A stretch of 64,000 nt of DNA from NCBI RefSeq assembly GCF_044324785.1, contig NZ_CP172127.1; one strand, given 5' to 3'. Source of the DNA: Escherichia coli (GTDB taxonomy: Bacteria > Pseudomonadota > Gammaproteobacteria > Enterobacterales > Enterobacteriaceae). The notes under the pieces are model-generated. The model searched no databases, had not been told where the DNA came from, and worked only from the letters and a program-made list of their open reading frames with translations. This document shows positions 17,653 through 28,366 of this stretch, in pieces; position 1 is the first letter of the stretch; each line of letters starts with the position of its first letter. The translations under genes were made by a program, and so were the position numbers.

Positions 17653-18132
17653 ATGGCGAATTTAATTTATTTAACACTAAATGGTGATAATCAAGGGCTC
17701 ATTTCAAGTGGTTGTTCATCACAACCATCCATTGGAAATAAAGCTCAAACAGCACACATTGATCAAATTATGATTTATGAATTCATGCATGGATTAAATC
17801 GAGATCAAAACGTCAACCATCATCATTTGACAATAAAAAAACCTATAGATAAAGCATCACCCTTATTAGGTAAAGCAATTTGCGACAATGAATTATTGAC
17901 ATGTGATTTTTCCTTTTATCGTACAAATAAATTTGGAATTAATGAACTGTACTATAAAATCAAATTAACTGGAGCAAAGATAAGCGACATTCATGTCTCT
18001 ATATCACATATTGTTGTTGATAACAGCGTTCAACCCGAAGAGTCAGTTTCTTTCAGTTATGAGTCAATTATATGGGAGCATTGTTCCGCTGGCACTAGTG
18101 CATACAGTTTATGGGAAGATCGTCTTCTTTAA
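17653..18132 (+). CDS. hcp: Hcp (TssD) family protein, divergent and AT-rich
   Basis: 159 aa; N-terminal IYLTLNGDNQG and C-terminal SVSFSYESIIWEH fit the Hcp pattern; AAGGAG RBS 8 nt upstream; much lower GC than the upstream core. Confidence 0.8.
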   Translation: MANLIYLTLNGDNQGLISSGCSSQPSIGNKAQTAHIDQIMIYEFMHGLNRDQNVNHHHLTIKKPIDKASPLLGKAICDNELLTCDFSFYRTNKFGINELYYKIKLTGAKISDIHVSISHIVVDNSVQPEESVSFSYESIIWEHCSAGTSAYSLWEDRLL

Positions 18133-18152
18133 AAATATCTGGGATTATTATA

Positions 18153-19049
18153 ATGGCTAACAATATTTTACACTCTTCAACATCAGACAGTGAAAGCAAA
18201 AATACAAGCACTGACAGTACGTTATTTAATGAAAAATTCCCATTTCGATTAAGGCAAGATTTCGCATCAAGAATAACAGAAGATGAAAGTGATTTTTTTA
18301 AATGGAAAAAAATAAGAGAGTTGGCAATTGTGAGCAATCATAAAGAATGGAATAAATATGACTTATTAATTTCAAAATCTGTTAATGAAATCAACATTCA
18401 TTTGTCCAGCACTCCATACTTTCAGCCGTTGGATTGGTATATAATAAAAGCCATGCTCTGGACTGAAAACGATGCGGCAAATACTTCTCAGTGGAATGGT
18501 TATCCATTACAAATTGGTCGTTTTCGGAAAGATAAAGCGATGCCTGCTTTAATCTCTGGTGAAAAATCCACAGCCCTTGTTACCCCACCACAATGGAGAA
18601 ACAAAGCATTCAATGGGTTAAAAGATCCAGAAAGAAATTACTGGGCAAAAGAACAAATAACTGGCTCTCCAGAAGAGAATGTCAAAGCAGCAATTACTTA
18701 CTTAATGATGAAACTTTCTAATACAAAGGAAGAATCAACTATCGATCAATATGACTCAACTCTATATAGCGCCATTGTCCAAAAAGGCGATTTGGCTGAC
18801 AACATCAGAAAAGAGAGAAAAACGACCATACCTAACTTAACGAAAAACAACCCTGGAAAAAATCTCGATAAAATACACCCGGGAGATATTTTATATTATC
18901 AAAAAGCATCCATGAAAGTAATAATTACTGGATGGAAACCTATCACAATAAAAAATGTAGCGATGAATTATAATGGTGGTGGAGATCCCAAGTATGCAAT
19001 AAAACTTCAGTTCGTTTATACATTGCTCACAAAAAACAGAGTGTTATGA
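18153..19049 (+). CDS. Hypothetical protein; candidate T6SS effector (possible peptidoglycan glycosidase)
   Basis: 298 aa from ATG 18153 (alternative ATG 18111); no signal peptide, no Cys; AT-rich; directly downstream of hcp and coupled to a downstream signal-peptide protein. E…GxxQ…AxxYL motif spacing weakly resembles GH23-type lysozymes. Confidence 0.6.
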   Translation: MANNILHSSTSDSESKNTSTDSTLFNEKFPFRLRQDFASRITEDESDFFKWKKIRELAIVSNHKEWNKYDLLISKSVNEINIHLSSTPYFQPLDWYIIKAMLWTENDAANTSQWNGYPLQIGRFRKDKAMPALISGEKSTALVTPPQWRNKAFNGLKDPERNYWAKEQITGSPEENVKAAITYLMMKLSNTKEESTIDQYDSTLYSAIVQKGDLADNIRKERKTTIPNLTKNNPGKNLDKIHPGDILYYQKASMKVIITGWKPITIKNVAMNYNGGGDPKYAIKLQFVYTLLTKNRVL

Positions 19050-19501
19050 GAATGGGAAAAATAACAATTATTCTACTGCTTACATTCTCATGTACAAAAG
19101 GTCTGGCATTTGACATTTCCATGTCTAAAGAATGTAGTGGCGTTGATGAACTTGAATTTGTTGATTGTGTTAAAAACTCATTTATTATGAGCACTATTAC
19201 ACTTAAAAAAGCAGAAGCAAATATAAAAGAGAAAATTAAAAAATGGAATAACGATGAGGACGAAGCAATAAGAAAAGAAGCAGTTATTTCTTTAAAAAGA
19301 CTAGAATCTTCTAATCGGGAATTTATACGTTACAGATTTGCTCAATGCTCTTTTGCTCTAACCTGGGGGGCCAGAGTAGGACGCCTGGCATTCTCTCGAC
19401 TATATCCATGCTATACTGAGTTAAACAAAATAAGAGCCATGCAACTAAACAATGCTTACATTTCAGATTTTCAAAATCCAGATGAGATATCCAGCAAATG
19501 A
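19046..19501 (+). CDS. Small periplasmic protein, candidate immunity protein (DUF1311/LprI-like pattern)
   Basis: 151 aa; ATGA overlap with the upstream gene; cleavable signal peptide (ITIILLLTFSCTKGLA); four Cys and a KKW…RYRFAQC…G…YPCYTELNKIR pattern reminiscent of LprI-type lysozyme inhibitors. Confidence 0.6.
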   Translation: MRMGKITIILLLTFSCTKGLAFDISMSKECSGVDELEFVDCVKNSFIMSTITLKKAEANIKEKIKKWNNDEDEAIRKEAVISLKRLESSNREFIRYRFAQCSFALTWGARVGRLAFSRLYPCYTELNKIRAMQLNNAYISDFQNPDEISSK

Positions 19502-19854
19502 TTATTATAAAATTAAGATTAACATTACTATTTATACTGGCCACAATTACATATTCAGTACAATCAGACGAATTCGATGATCAAACCACTTACACGCAAT
19601 ACCGTTATTTTTCCACAGCCATACCAGAAGATATACGTAGATTTATGTTCTACGTAGATTTGTGCTTTGTAGATTTAGCATTCGATATCGAAACTGACTC
19701 AATGACAGCTAAAAATGATATTATTAATGAATGTACCCCATTAAAAGAAAGAAACAAAACATTAAAAGAAAAATATAAAAAAGATGAAGAGATAATAGCA
19801 ATTCTTTCCATTGCAGATGATACCATTTTAATTTATGAAGAATTAAAAAAATAA
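19498..19854 (+). CDS. Small secreted/membrane protein, possible second immunity or orphan immunity gene
   Basis: 118 aa; ATGA overlap with the previous gene; N-terminal hydrophobic signal (LRLTLLFILATITYSVQS); AT-rich; Lys/Glu-rich C-terminus. Confidence 0.5.
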   Translation: MIIIKLRLTLLFILATITYSVQSDEFDDQTTYTQYRYFSTAIPEDIRRFMFYVDLCFVDLAFDIETDSMTAKNDIINECTPLKERNKTLKEKYKKDEEIIAILSIADDTILIYEELKK

Positions 19855-19978
19855 CTCACATGCAATTCACTGGCAATATATATTATAATTTTATAAAAAA
19901 TCATATTTACATTATAGAAATACTCAGCTCCTGTTTGCTGCCCGCCCTAAACTACAGGCGGCAGCATAACAATAACGA

Positions 19979-20779
19979 TTACTGGAATCGACTCACCAAG
20001 TCTTTCACCATTGATACATATGTTTTTTGTTTCAAATTAAACAGTTGCACTTCCGTAACATGGTCATTTGATAGTTCTTTATTGCTCGTTTTTGTTATTC
20101 CAGCCGGCGGAAAAATTACTCTCGATTCATAATTCACCGGCGACCAGGTAGCCCACTCACCTGTTGCCACATCCACCAGCGTGAAACGTACCAGGTAGCG
20201 CAGGGAGATAGCGTCAGTGAGTTTTTCATTTTTATAGTCGGACCATACTGTTGATTTCAGCACAGAGTCATATTTTCCTGTCTGCAACGTATCATGGTAA
20301 ACAATAATCGCTTTCTGATGCCCTTTCGCAGCCACAAAACGCAATGCCTGCATCCAGTTCATATTTTCAGCACTGGCAACATCCTCGTTCTCATTTTTAT
20401 CTTTATTTTTGTTACAAGTCAGAGGCTTTTGCCTGTCCGGGATACCAGAGAATGTGGAAACAGTATAATATTTTCTCATCTCCTCCTGCATAATGGTCTC
20501 CGGTGCGCGACTGCCAGACTGAACAAGTATTACAGGAGAACTGAGGGGCACACGAAACTCATCTCCTTCAAGCGCAGCTTGAATATCCTCCTCGGATACA
20601 GCCAGAGTGGTTTCATTACCGAATAAATCTTTGTCTGTCAGTTGTGGGGGAGTGTTTTTATTAATATTACTTTGTGTAACTTGAGCTTTTTTCTTTTTTT
20701 CATCAATAGGAGATTCAGAGGCACATCCTGCAAGCAGCGAGAATAACACACATATGCAACAAACCTTTTTTGAATTCAT
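19979..20779 (-). CDS. yafT: Lipoprotein YafT
   Basis: 266 aa; lipobox (LLAGC); lies next to tRNA-Asp aspV as yafT does in E. coli. Confidence 0.8.
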   Translation of the reverse strand: MNSKKVCCICVLFSLLAGCASESPIDEKKKKAQVTQSNINKNTPPQLTDKDLFGNETTLAVSEEDIQAALEGDEFRVPLSSPVILVQSGSRAPETIMQEEMRKYYTVSTFSGIPDRQKPLTCNKNKDKNENEDVASAENMNWMQALRFVAAKGHQKAIIVYHDTLQTGKYDSVLKSTVWSDYKNEKLTDAISLRYLVRFTLVDVATGEWATWSPVNYESRVIFPPAGITKTSNKELSNDHVTEVQLFNLKQKTYVSMVKDLVSRFQ

Positions 20780-21043
20780 AATCGGACACTCCCTCGCCTG
20801 TCATAATGATTAGAATATTTAGCACTGATAACGGACTCTAATTATATACCCCACTTAAATAATAACAAACAAAATCAACATGAAATATACATTCATTTAA
20901 TCAATATAAAATTATTCTCTAAAAATATATTTAAGTTGAATGGTTCGATATCATTATTGAATTTTAATAAATGAGACAACAAGCGAGAGTTACGCACTTA
21001 CGCCAGAGTAAAATCATTGAACAGAGAAATAGCGGGATTTAAA

Positions 21044-21080
21044 TGCAAAAAAACCGCAAAATTAAAAATCTTGCGGTTCT
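21044..21080 (-). terminator. Rho-independent terminator downstream of aspV
   Basis: Stem AACCGCAA/TTGCGGTT followed by a T-run on the minus strand. Confidence 0.6.
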
Positions 21081-21105
21081 CTGAACTCATTTTCATGAGT
21101 GAATT

Positions 21106-21182
21106 TGGCGGAACGGACGGGACTCGAACCCGCGACCCCCTGCGTGACAGGCAGGTATTCTAACCGACTGAACTACCGCTCC
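21106..21182 (-). tRNA. aspV: tRNA-Asp (GUC)
   Basis: Reverse complement matches the canonical E. coli tRNA-Asp over 77 nt (GGAGCGGTAGTTCAGTCGGTTAGAATACCTGCCTGTCACGCAGGGGGTCGCGGGTTCGAGTCCCGTCCGTTCCGCCA). Confidence 0.95.
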
Positions 21183-21314
21183 GCGTTGTGTTCCGTTGGG
21201 AACGAGGCGAATATTACGGATTGCCTCACCCTTCGTCAACGGTTTTTCTCATCTTTTGAATCGTTTGCTGCAAAAATCGCCCAAGTCGCTATTTTTAGCG
21301 CCTTTTACAGGTAT

Positions 21315-22046
21315 TTATGCCCGCCAGAGACAGCTTCCGCCCTTTTTCTGCACCAGATCGAGACGGGCTTCATGTGCTGCAAGCTCTTCATCTGTCGCAA
21401 AAACAACGCGTAACTTACTTGCCTGACGCACAATGCGCTGAATTGTTGTTTCATCTTGTTGCTGTTGCGTCTCTCCTTCCATCGCAAAAGCCATCGACGT
21501 TTGCCCACCAGTCATCGCCAGATAAACTTCCGCAAGGATCTGGGCATCGAGTAATGCCCCGTGCAACGTTCGTTTACTGTTATCTATTTCGTAGCGGGCA
21601 CATAACGCATCGAGGCTGTTGCGCTTACCGGGAAACATTTTCCTCGCCACCGCAAGGCTATCGGTGACCTTACAGAAGGTATTGGTCTTCGGAATATCGC
21701 GCTTAAGCAACGAAAACTCGTAGTCCATAAAGCCGATATCGAACGCTGCGTTATGGATAACGAGCTCCGCGCCGCGGATATAGTCCATGAACTCATCGGC
21801 AACCTCGGCAAACGTGGGCTTATCGAGCAAAAACTCATCGGCAATACCATGTACGCCAAAGGCTTCCGGATCCACCAGCCGATCGGGTTTGAGATAAACA
21901 TGGAAGTTATTGCCCGTCAGACGACGGTTCACCACCTCAACGGCACCAATCTCAATGATCTTGTGGCCTTCATAGTGCGCACCAATCTGGTTCATACCGG
22001 TAGTTTCGGTATCGAGAACGATCTGGCGTGTAATTGCAGTGCTCAT
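21315..22046 (-). CDS. dnaQ: DNA polymerase III epsilon subunit (3'-5' proofreading exonuclease)
   Basis: [20 protein letters not shown]… N-terminus; 243 aa; divergent from rnhA. Confidence 0.95.
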
Positions 22047-22110
22047 AGCGGTCATTTATGTCAGACTTGTCGTTTTACAGTTCGATTCAATTACAGGAAG
22101 TCTACCAGAG

Positions 22111-22578
22111 ATGCTTAAACAGGTAGAAATTTTCACCGATGGTTCGTGTCTGGGCAATCCTGGACCTGGGGGTTACGGCGCTATTTTACGCTATCGCGGA
22201 CGCGAGAAAACCTTTAGCGCAGGCTACACCCGCACCACCAACAACCGTATGGAGTTGATGGCCGCTATTGTCGCGCTGGAGGCGTTAAAAGAACATTGCG
22301 AAGTCATTTTGAGTACCGACAGCCAGTATGTCCGCCAGGGTATCACCCAGTGGATCCATAACTGGAAAAAACGTGGCTGGAAAACAGCAGACAAAAAACC
22401 AGTAAAAAATGTCGATCTCTGGCAACGTCTTGATGCTGCGTTGGGGCAGCATCAAATCAAATGGGAATGGGTTAAAGGCCATGCCGGACACCCGGAAAAC
22501 GAACGTTGCGATGAACTGGCTCGTGCCGCAGCGATGAATCCCACACTGGAAGATACGGGCTATCAAGTCGAAGTTTAA
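22111..22578 (+). CDS. rnhA: Ribonuclease HI
   Basis: [23 protein letters not shown]…; 155 aa from ATG 22111 (longest ORF starts at 22039). Confidence 0.95.
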
Positions 22579-23297
22579 GCCTGTGGTTTGCGACATTGCC
22601 GGGTGGCTCCAACCGCCTGGCGAATTCGTGGCTTGTTTTTACTCTGTTTCATCGGATTTAGCGTTAAAGGAATAGTCCGTTTCCGGGCGACAATAAGTTG
22701 TAAGCAACCAAGCGCAGGAATATGCGCATTCAATAGTTTTCCACCGTGTTTGTTCCACGGGAGAACGTGGAAACGGCTGGCGTGTAGCACTTCAAAATTC
22801 AACAAAGAGAGCCAGTCCAGCTGCCGCATCAGAGTAAACATCCGGCTGTTATAGGGAGAGGTTTTTCGCAATACCGGCACAAGTTTGCGTAATCCCATTA
22901 AACTGATGGGATTGAAGCCACTAATCACCAGCCAGCCATCATCAATCAATACCCGATCGGCTTCACGCAATAAACGATGCGGATCGGTGCACCACGGCAA
23001 TGTATGTGCCAGTAGACAAACATCAACGGATTTATCGGCAAAAGGAAGATGAAGTGGGTCCGCCTGCACCTGGACGGGCAGTCCTTGCGCAGAAACATTC
23101 ACTTGATGAGAAACCGCGCACGCTTCGCAATTGATTTCTGCGCTTAAATTGCCAATCTTAAGCAGATGAAAACCATACATTTTAGTGAACCACGGGTTGA
23201 GCTGGCGCTCCAGCGCCTTGCGATAAAGCTCTCCCCAGGGCAAATCGCCCCAGCAATCAGGAGCCACGACAGTTTGAGGGACTCTTGCCGGTTTCAT
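22575..23297 (-). CDS. yafS: SAM-dependent methyltransferase YafS
   Basis: About 240 aa; conserved position between rnhA and gloB; start assigned to MKPARVPQ (longest ORF extends to 23315). Confidence 0.85.
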
Positions 23298-23327
23298 CAC
23301 AACCTTCCGTTTCACACTGAGAGGTAA

Positions 23328-24086
<759 letters not shown>

Positions 24087-24157
24087 TAAAACTTTCTTGT
24101 CATCGGCTCCGTTCGCCGTTATGATCGGTCGTCTTTTAAGCAACTATTGACACACAC

Positions 24158-25516
24158 ATGAAGGCAAAAGCGATATTACTCGCCTCTGTCCTGCTCGTGG
24201 GTTGCCAGAGTACCGGCAACGTTCAACAGCACGCACAGAGCCTTTCTGCAGCTGGTCAAGGGGAAGCAGCAAAGTTTACAAGTCAGGCACGATGGATGGA
24301 CGATGGGACGTCTATCGCGCCAGATGGTGACTTGTGGGCTTTCATTGGCGACGAGCTAAAGATGGGAATTCCGGAAAATGACCGGATTCGCGAACAGAAA
24401 CAGAAATATTTACGCAATAAGAGCTATCTCCACGATGTAACTTTACGGGCAGAGCCGTATATGTACTGGATAGCCGGGCAAGTTAAAAAACGTAACATGC
24501 CTATGGAACTGGTACTACTACCCATAGTGGAGAGCGCTTTTGATCCTCACGCAACGTCTGGCGCCAATGCCGCAGGCATCTGGCAGATCATTCCGAGCAC
24601 GGGGCGCAATTATGGTTTGAAACAGACCCGCAATTATGACGCGCGTCGCGATGTTGTTGCTTCAACAACTGCCGCGCTGAACATGATGCAGCGTCTGAAC
24701 AAGATGTTTGACGGCGACTGGCTTCTGACCGTAGCGGCTTATAACAGCGGCGAAGGTCGGGTCATGAAGGCAATTAAAACGAACAAAGCGCGTGGGAAAT
24801 CCACGGACTTCTGGTCGTTACCGTTGCCGCAGGAAACGAAGCAGTACGTGCCTAAAATGCTGGCATTGAGTGATATTCTCAAAAACAGCAAGCGTTATGG
24901 CGTACGTCTGCCAACGACCGATGAAAGCCGTGCTCTGGCGCGTGTGCACCTGAGCAGCCCAGTTGAAATGGCGAAGGTTGCAGATATGGCGGGGATTTCC
25001 GTCAGCAAGCTGAAGACATTCAACGCTGGCGTGAAAGGCTCCACGCTGGGCGCAAGTGGTCCGCAGTACGTGATGGTGCCAAAGAAGCATGCAGATCAAC
25101 TGCGTGAATCTCTGGCTTCGGGCGAAATTGCTGCTGTACAGTCGACGCTGGTTGCCGACAATACGCCGCTTAACAGCCGTGTTTACACCGTACGCTCTGG
25201 CGACACGCTTTCAAGTATCGCTTCACGTCTCGGCGTTAGCACCAAAGATTTGCAGCAGTGGAACAAACTGCGCGGATCTAAGCTGAAGCCAGGCCAAAGC
25301 TTGACGATTGGCGCAGGTAGTAGCGCACAGCGGTTGGCAAACAACAGCGATAGCATTACGTATCGTGTGCGCAAAGGCGATTCGCTTTCAAGCATTGCTA
25401 AACGCCACGGCGTGAACATCAAAGATGTGATGCGCTGGAACAGCGATACTGCGAATCTGCAACCAGGCGATAAGCTGACGTTGTTTGTGAAAAACAACAA
25501 CATGCCAGATTCCTGA
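24158..25516 (+). CDS. mltD: Membrane-bound lytic murein transglycosylase D
   Basis: 452 aa; lipoprotein signal (LLVGC); transglycosylase core followed by C-terminal LysM-like repeats. Confidence 0.93.
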   Translation: MKAKAILLASVLLVGCQSTGNVQQHAQSLSAAGQGEAAKFTSQARWMDDGTSIAPDGDLWAFIGDELKMGIPENDRIREQKQKYLRNKSYLHDVTLRAEPYMYWIAGQVKKRNMPMELVLLPIVESAFDPHATSGANAAGIWQIIPSTGRNYGLKQTRNYDARRDVVASTTAALNMMQRLNKMFDGDWLLTVAAYNSGEGRVMKAIKTNKARGKSTDFWSLPLPQETKQYVPKMLALSDILKNSKRYGVRLPTTDESRALARVHLSSPVEMAKVADMAGISVSKLKTFNAGVKGSTLGASGPQYVMVPKKHADQLRESLASGEIAAVQSTLVADNTPLNSRVYTVRSGDTLSSIASRLGVSTKDLQQWNKLRGSKLKPGQSLTIGAGSSAQRLANNSDSITYRVRKGDSLSSIAKRHGVNIKDVMRWNSDTANLQPGDKLTLFVKNNNMPDS

Positions 25517-25530
25517 CAAACCAGATAATG

Positions 25531-25562
25531 AAAGGCACCGATTCCCCCGGTGCCTTTTTTAT
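25531..25562. terminator. Bidirectional rho-independent terminator between mltD and yafE
   Basis: Hairpin AGGCACCG…CGGTGCCT followed by a T-run, flanked by A/T on both sides. Confidence 0.7.
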
Positions 25563-26333
25563 TTATGCTGCTTTATGTGCTTCTACCATGATGATATCAC
25601 TGGTGAAAGAGCCATCATTCTGCAAGGCAAAATACGTTTTCACCTCTGTCGATGCGCTCTGTTGGTAAATGCGAATAGCGTCTACTAACGCTTCTGGCGT
25701 ACGCATTCTCGCGACCCATGAAGAAAATTCCAGCGGTAACTTATCTGTAATTAAATTATCAACTACCAGATTGGCTTCATTGATTAACGTCAACCACTCA
25801 CCGCTGGCGTAGTTTCGTACGTGAGAGGTATCGCGTAATGCTTCTACCGTCTGTAACCAGATGTCGCGCACTGGGTGACCCGGAGACATTACGTCCATCA
25901 CAATCAGCCTACCGCCAGGTTTCAATATCCTATTCACTTCTCGCAGTGCTGCACCAACATCATGCCAGTGATGGGCAGAATAACGGCTGATAACAATATC
26001 AAATGCGTTATCGGCAAATGGCAGACTTTCGGCATAACCCTGGCGGGTGGTGATATTTTTCAGTTGCCGGACTTCGGCAGCTTGTGCCACGACATCCAGC
26101 ATTTGGGCAGATAAGTCATACGCCACCACCGTGCTCACGTTTTGCGCAGCGACAAAGCTGGCATGCCCTGCTCCGCAGCCCATATCAAGTACACTTGCAT
26201 CAGGATAATCAGCCAGACACACCGCCAGGCGCTGTAAATCTCGTCCGGCTGCATGTACGGTACTGGTCAGATATTCGCTGGCTTGAGAGCTAAACTGCTT
26301 TTCTACATGGTCATGGTGGGATTGTATTGTCAT
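25563..26333 (-). CDS. yafE: Class I SAM-dependent methyltransferase YafE
   Basis: 256 aa; methyltransferase motif I (VLDMGCGAGH). Confidence 0.85.
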   Translation of the reverse strand: MTIQSHHDHVEKQFSSQASEYLTSTVHAAGRDLQRLAVCLADYPDASVLDMGCGAGHASFVAAQNVSTVVAYDLSAQMLDVVAQAAEVRQLKNITTRQGYAESLPFADNAFDIVISRYSAHHWHDVGAALREVNRILKPGGRLIVMDVMSPGHPVRDIWLQTVEALRDTSHVRNYASGEWLTLINEANLVVDNLITDKLPLEFSSWVARMRTPEALVDAIRIYQQSASTEVKTYFALQNDGSFTSDIIMVEAHKAA

Positions 26334-26410
26334 TGCGCTGTCCTTTTGTTATTTGAGTATAAAAGGGCAGCGCCAAACGTTGGTCTGCCCTGTGGCAGAC
26401 CTGACATACC

Positions 26411-27262
<852 letters not shown>

Positions 27263-27451
27263 CTACTGTTATAGGGATTTTAGCTCACTCTTTCAACGAG
27301 CAATTGTATATTGTTATGTAAGCAAGTGCTTACACCGGTCAGAATTTTGCTCATCATTGAGAACATTAAATCGGATGACATATCACGCATCCTGATGGTT
27401 TAATGACAAATAAATTCAAAATATCTCTTCTATTTTGCAACAGGAGCAAAA

Positions 27452-28366
27452 ATGAAAGCCACGTCGGAAGAACTCGCCATTTTTGTTTCGGTCGTCGAAA
27501 GCGGCAGCTTTAGCCGGGCAGCGGAACAATTAGGGCAAGCAAACTCAGCGGTAAGCCGGGCAGTGAAAAAGCTGGAGATGAAACTTGGCGTTAGCCTGCT
27601 TAATCGGACCACGCGGCAACTTAGCCTGACGGAAGAAGGCGAGCGTTATTTTCGTCGCGTACAGTCAATTTTGCAGGAGATGGCAGCGGCAGAATCAGAA
27701 ATTATGGAGACGCGTAATACACCGCGTGGACTGTTGCGCATCGATGCCGCAACTCCAGTGGTGCTGCACTTTCTGATGCCGTTGATTAAGCCTTTCCGTG
27801 AACGCTATCCGGAAGTCACTTTATCACTAGTCTCCTCCGAAACGATTATTAATTTGATCGAAAGAAAAGTGGATGTCGCGATACGCGCCGGTACGTTAAC
27901 GGATTCCAGCTTACGTGCCAGGCCGTTATTTAACAGTTATCGAAAAATTATAGCCTCCCCCGATTATATTTCCCGCTATGGGAAGCCAGAAACGATCGAC
28001 GATTTAAAGCAACATGTTTGCCTGGGATTCACTGAACCCGCTTCCCTCAATACCTGGCCGATAGCCTGTAGCGATGGACAATTACATGAGGTGAAGTACG
28101 GTTTGTCATCCAATAGTGGGGAAACACTGAAACAGCTTTGCCTGAGTGGCAACGGGATTGCGTGTTTGTCCGACTACATGATCGACAGAGAAATCGCTCG
28201 CGGAGAATTGGTGGAGTTAATGGCAGATAAAGTGTTGCCAGTGGAAATGCCATTTAGTGCAGTCTATTACAGCGACCGTGCGGTAAGTACGCGCATCCGG
28301 GCTTTTATCGATTTCCTTAGCGAGCATGTAAAAACAGCTCCCGAAGGAGCTGTCAGAGAAGCTTAA
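27452..28366 (+). CDS. yafC: LysR-family transcriptional regulator YafC
   Basis: 304 aa; N-terminal helix-turn-helix typical of LysR regulators; divergent from yafD. Confidence 0.9.
   Translation: MKATSEELAIFVSVVESGSFSRAAEQLGQANSAVSRAVKKLEMKLGVSLLNRTTRQLSLTEEGERYFRRVQSILQEMAAAESEIMETRNTPRGLLRIDAATPVVLHFLMPLIKPFRERYPEVTLSLVSSETIINLIERKVDVAIRAGTLTDSSLRARPLFNSYRKIIASPDYISRYGKPETIDDLKQHVCLGFTEPASLNTWPIACSDGQLHEVKYGLSSNSGETLKQLCLSGNGIACLSDYMIDREIARGELVELMADKVLPVEMPFSAVYYSDRAVSTRIRAFIDFLSEHVKTAPEGAVREA

Noticed and set aside
18153-19049. Assignment of the orphan effector to the Tae4-type amidase family (the family found next to hcp in Salmonella SPI-6)
   Set aside because: The protein contains no cysteine, so it cannot use a Cys-His catalytic dyad; it is also about twice the size expected.
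19860-20132. 90-aa plus-strand ORF downstream of the cassette
   Set aside because: It overlaps the 3' end of yafT on the opposite strand and has no RBS; likely spurious.
19855-21105. Integrase, transposase or IS element at the island boundary
   Set aside because: No ORF with recombinase features and no inverted repeats were seen; only yafT, an AT-rich spacer and the tRNA are present.
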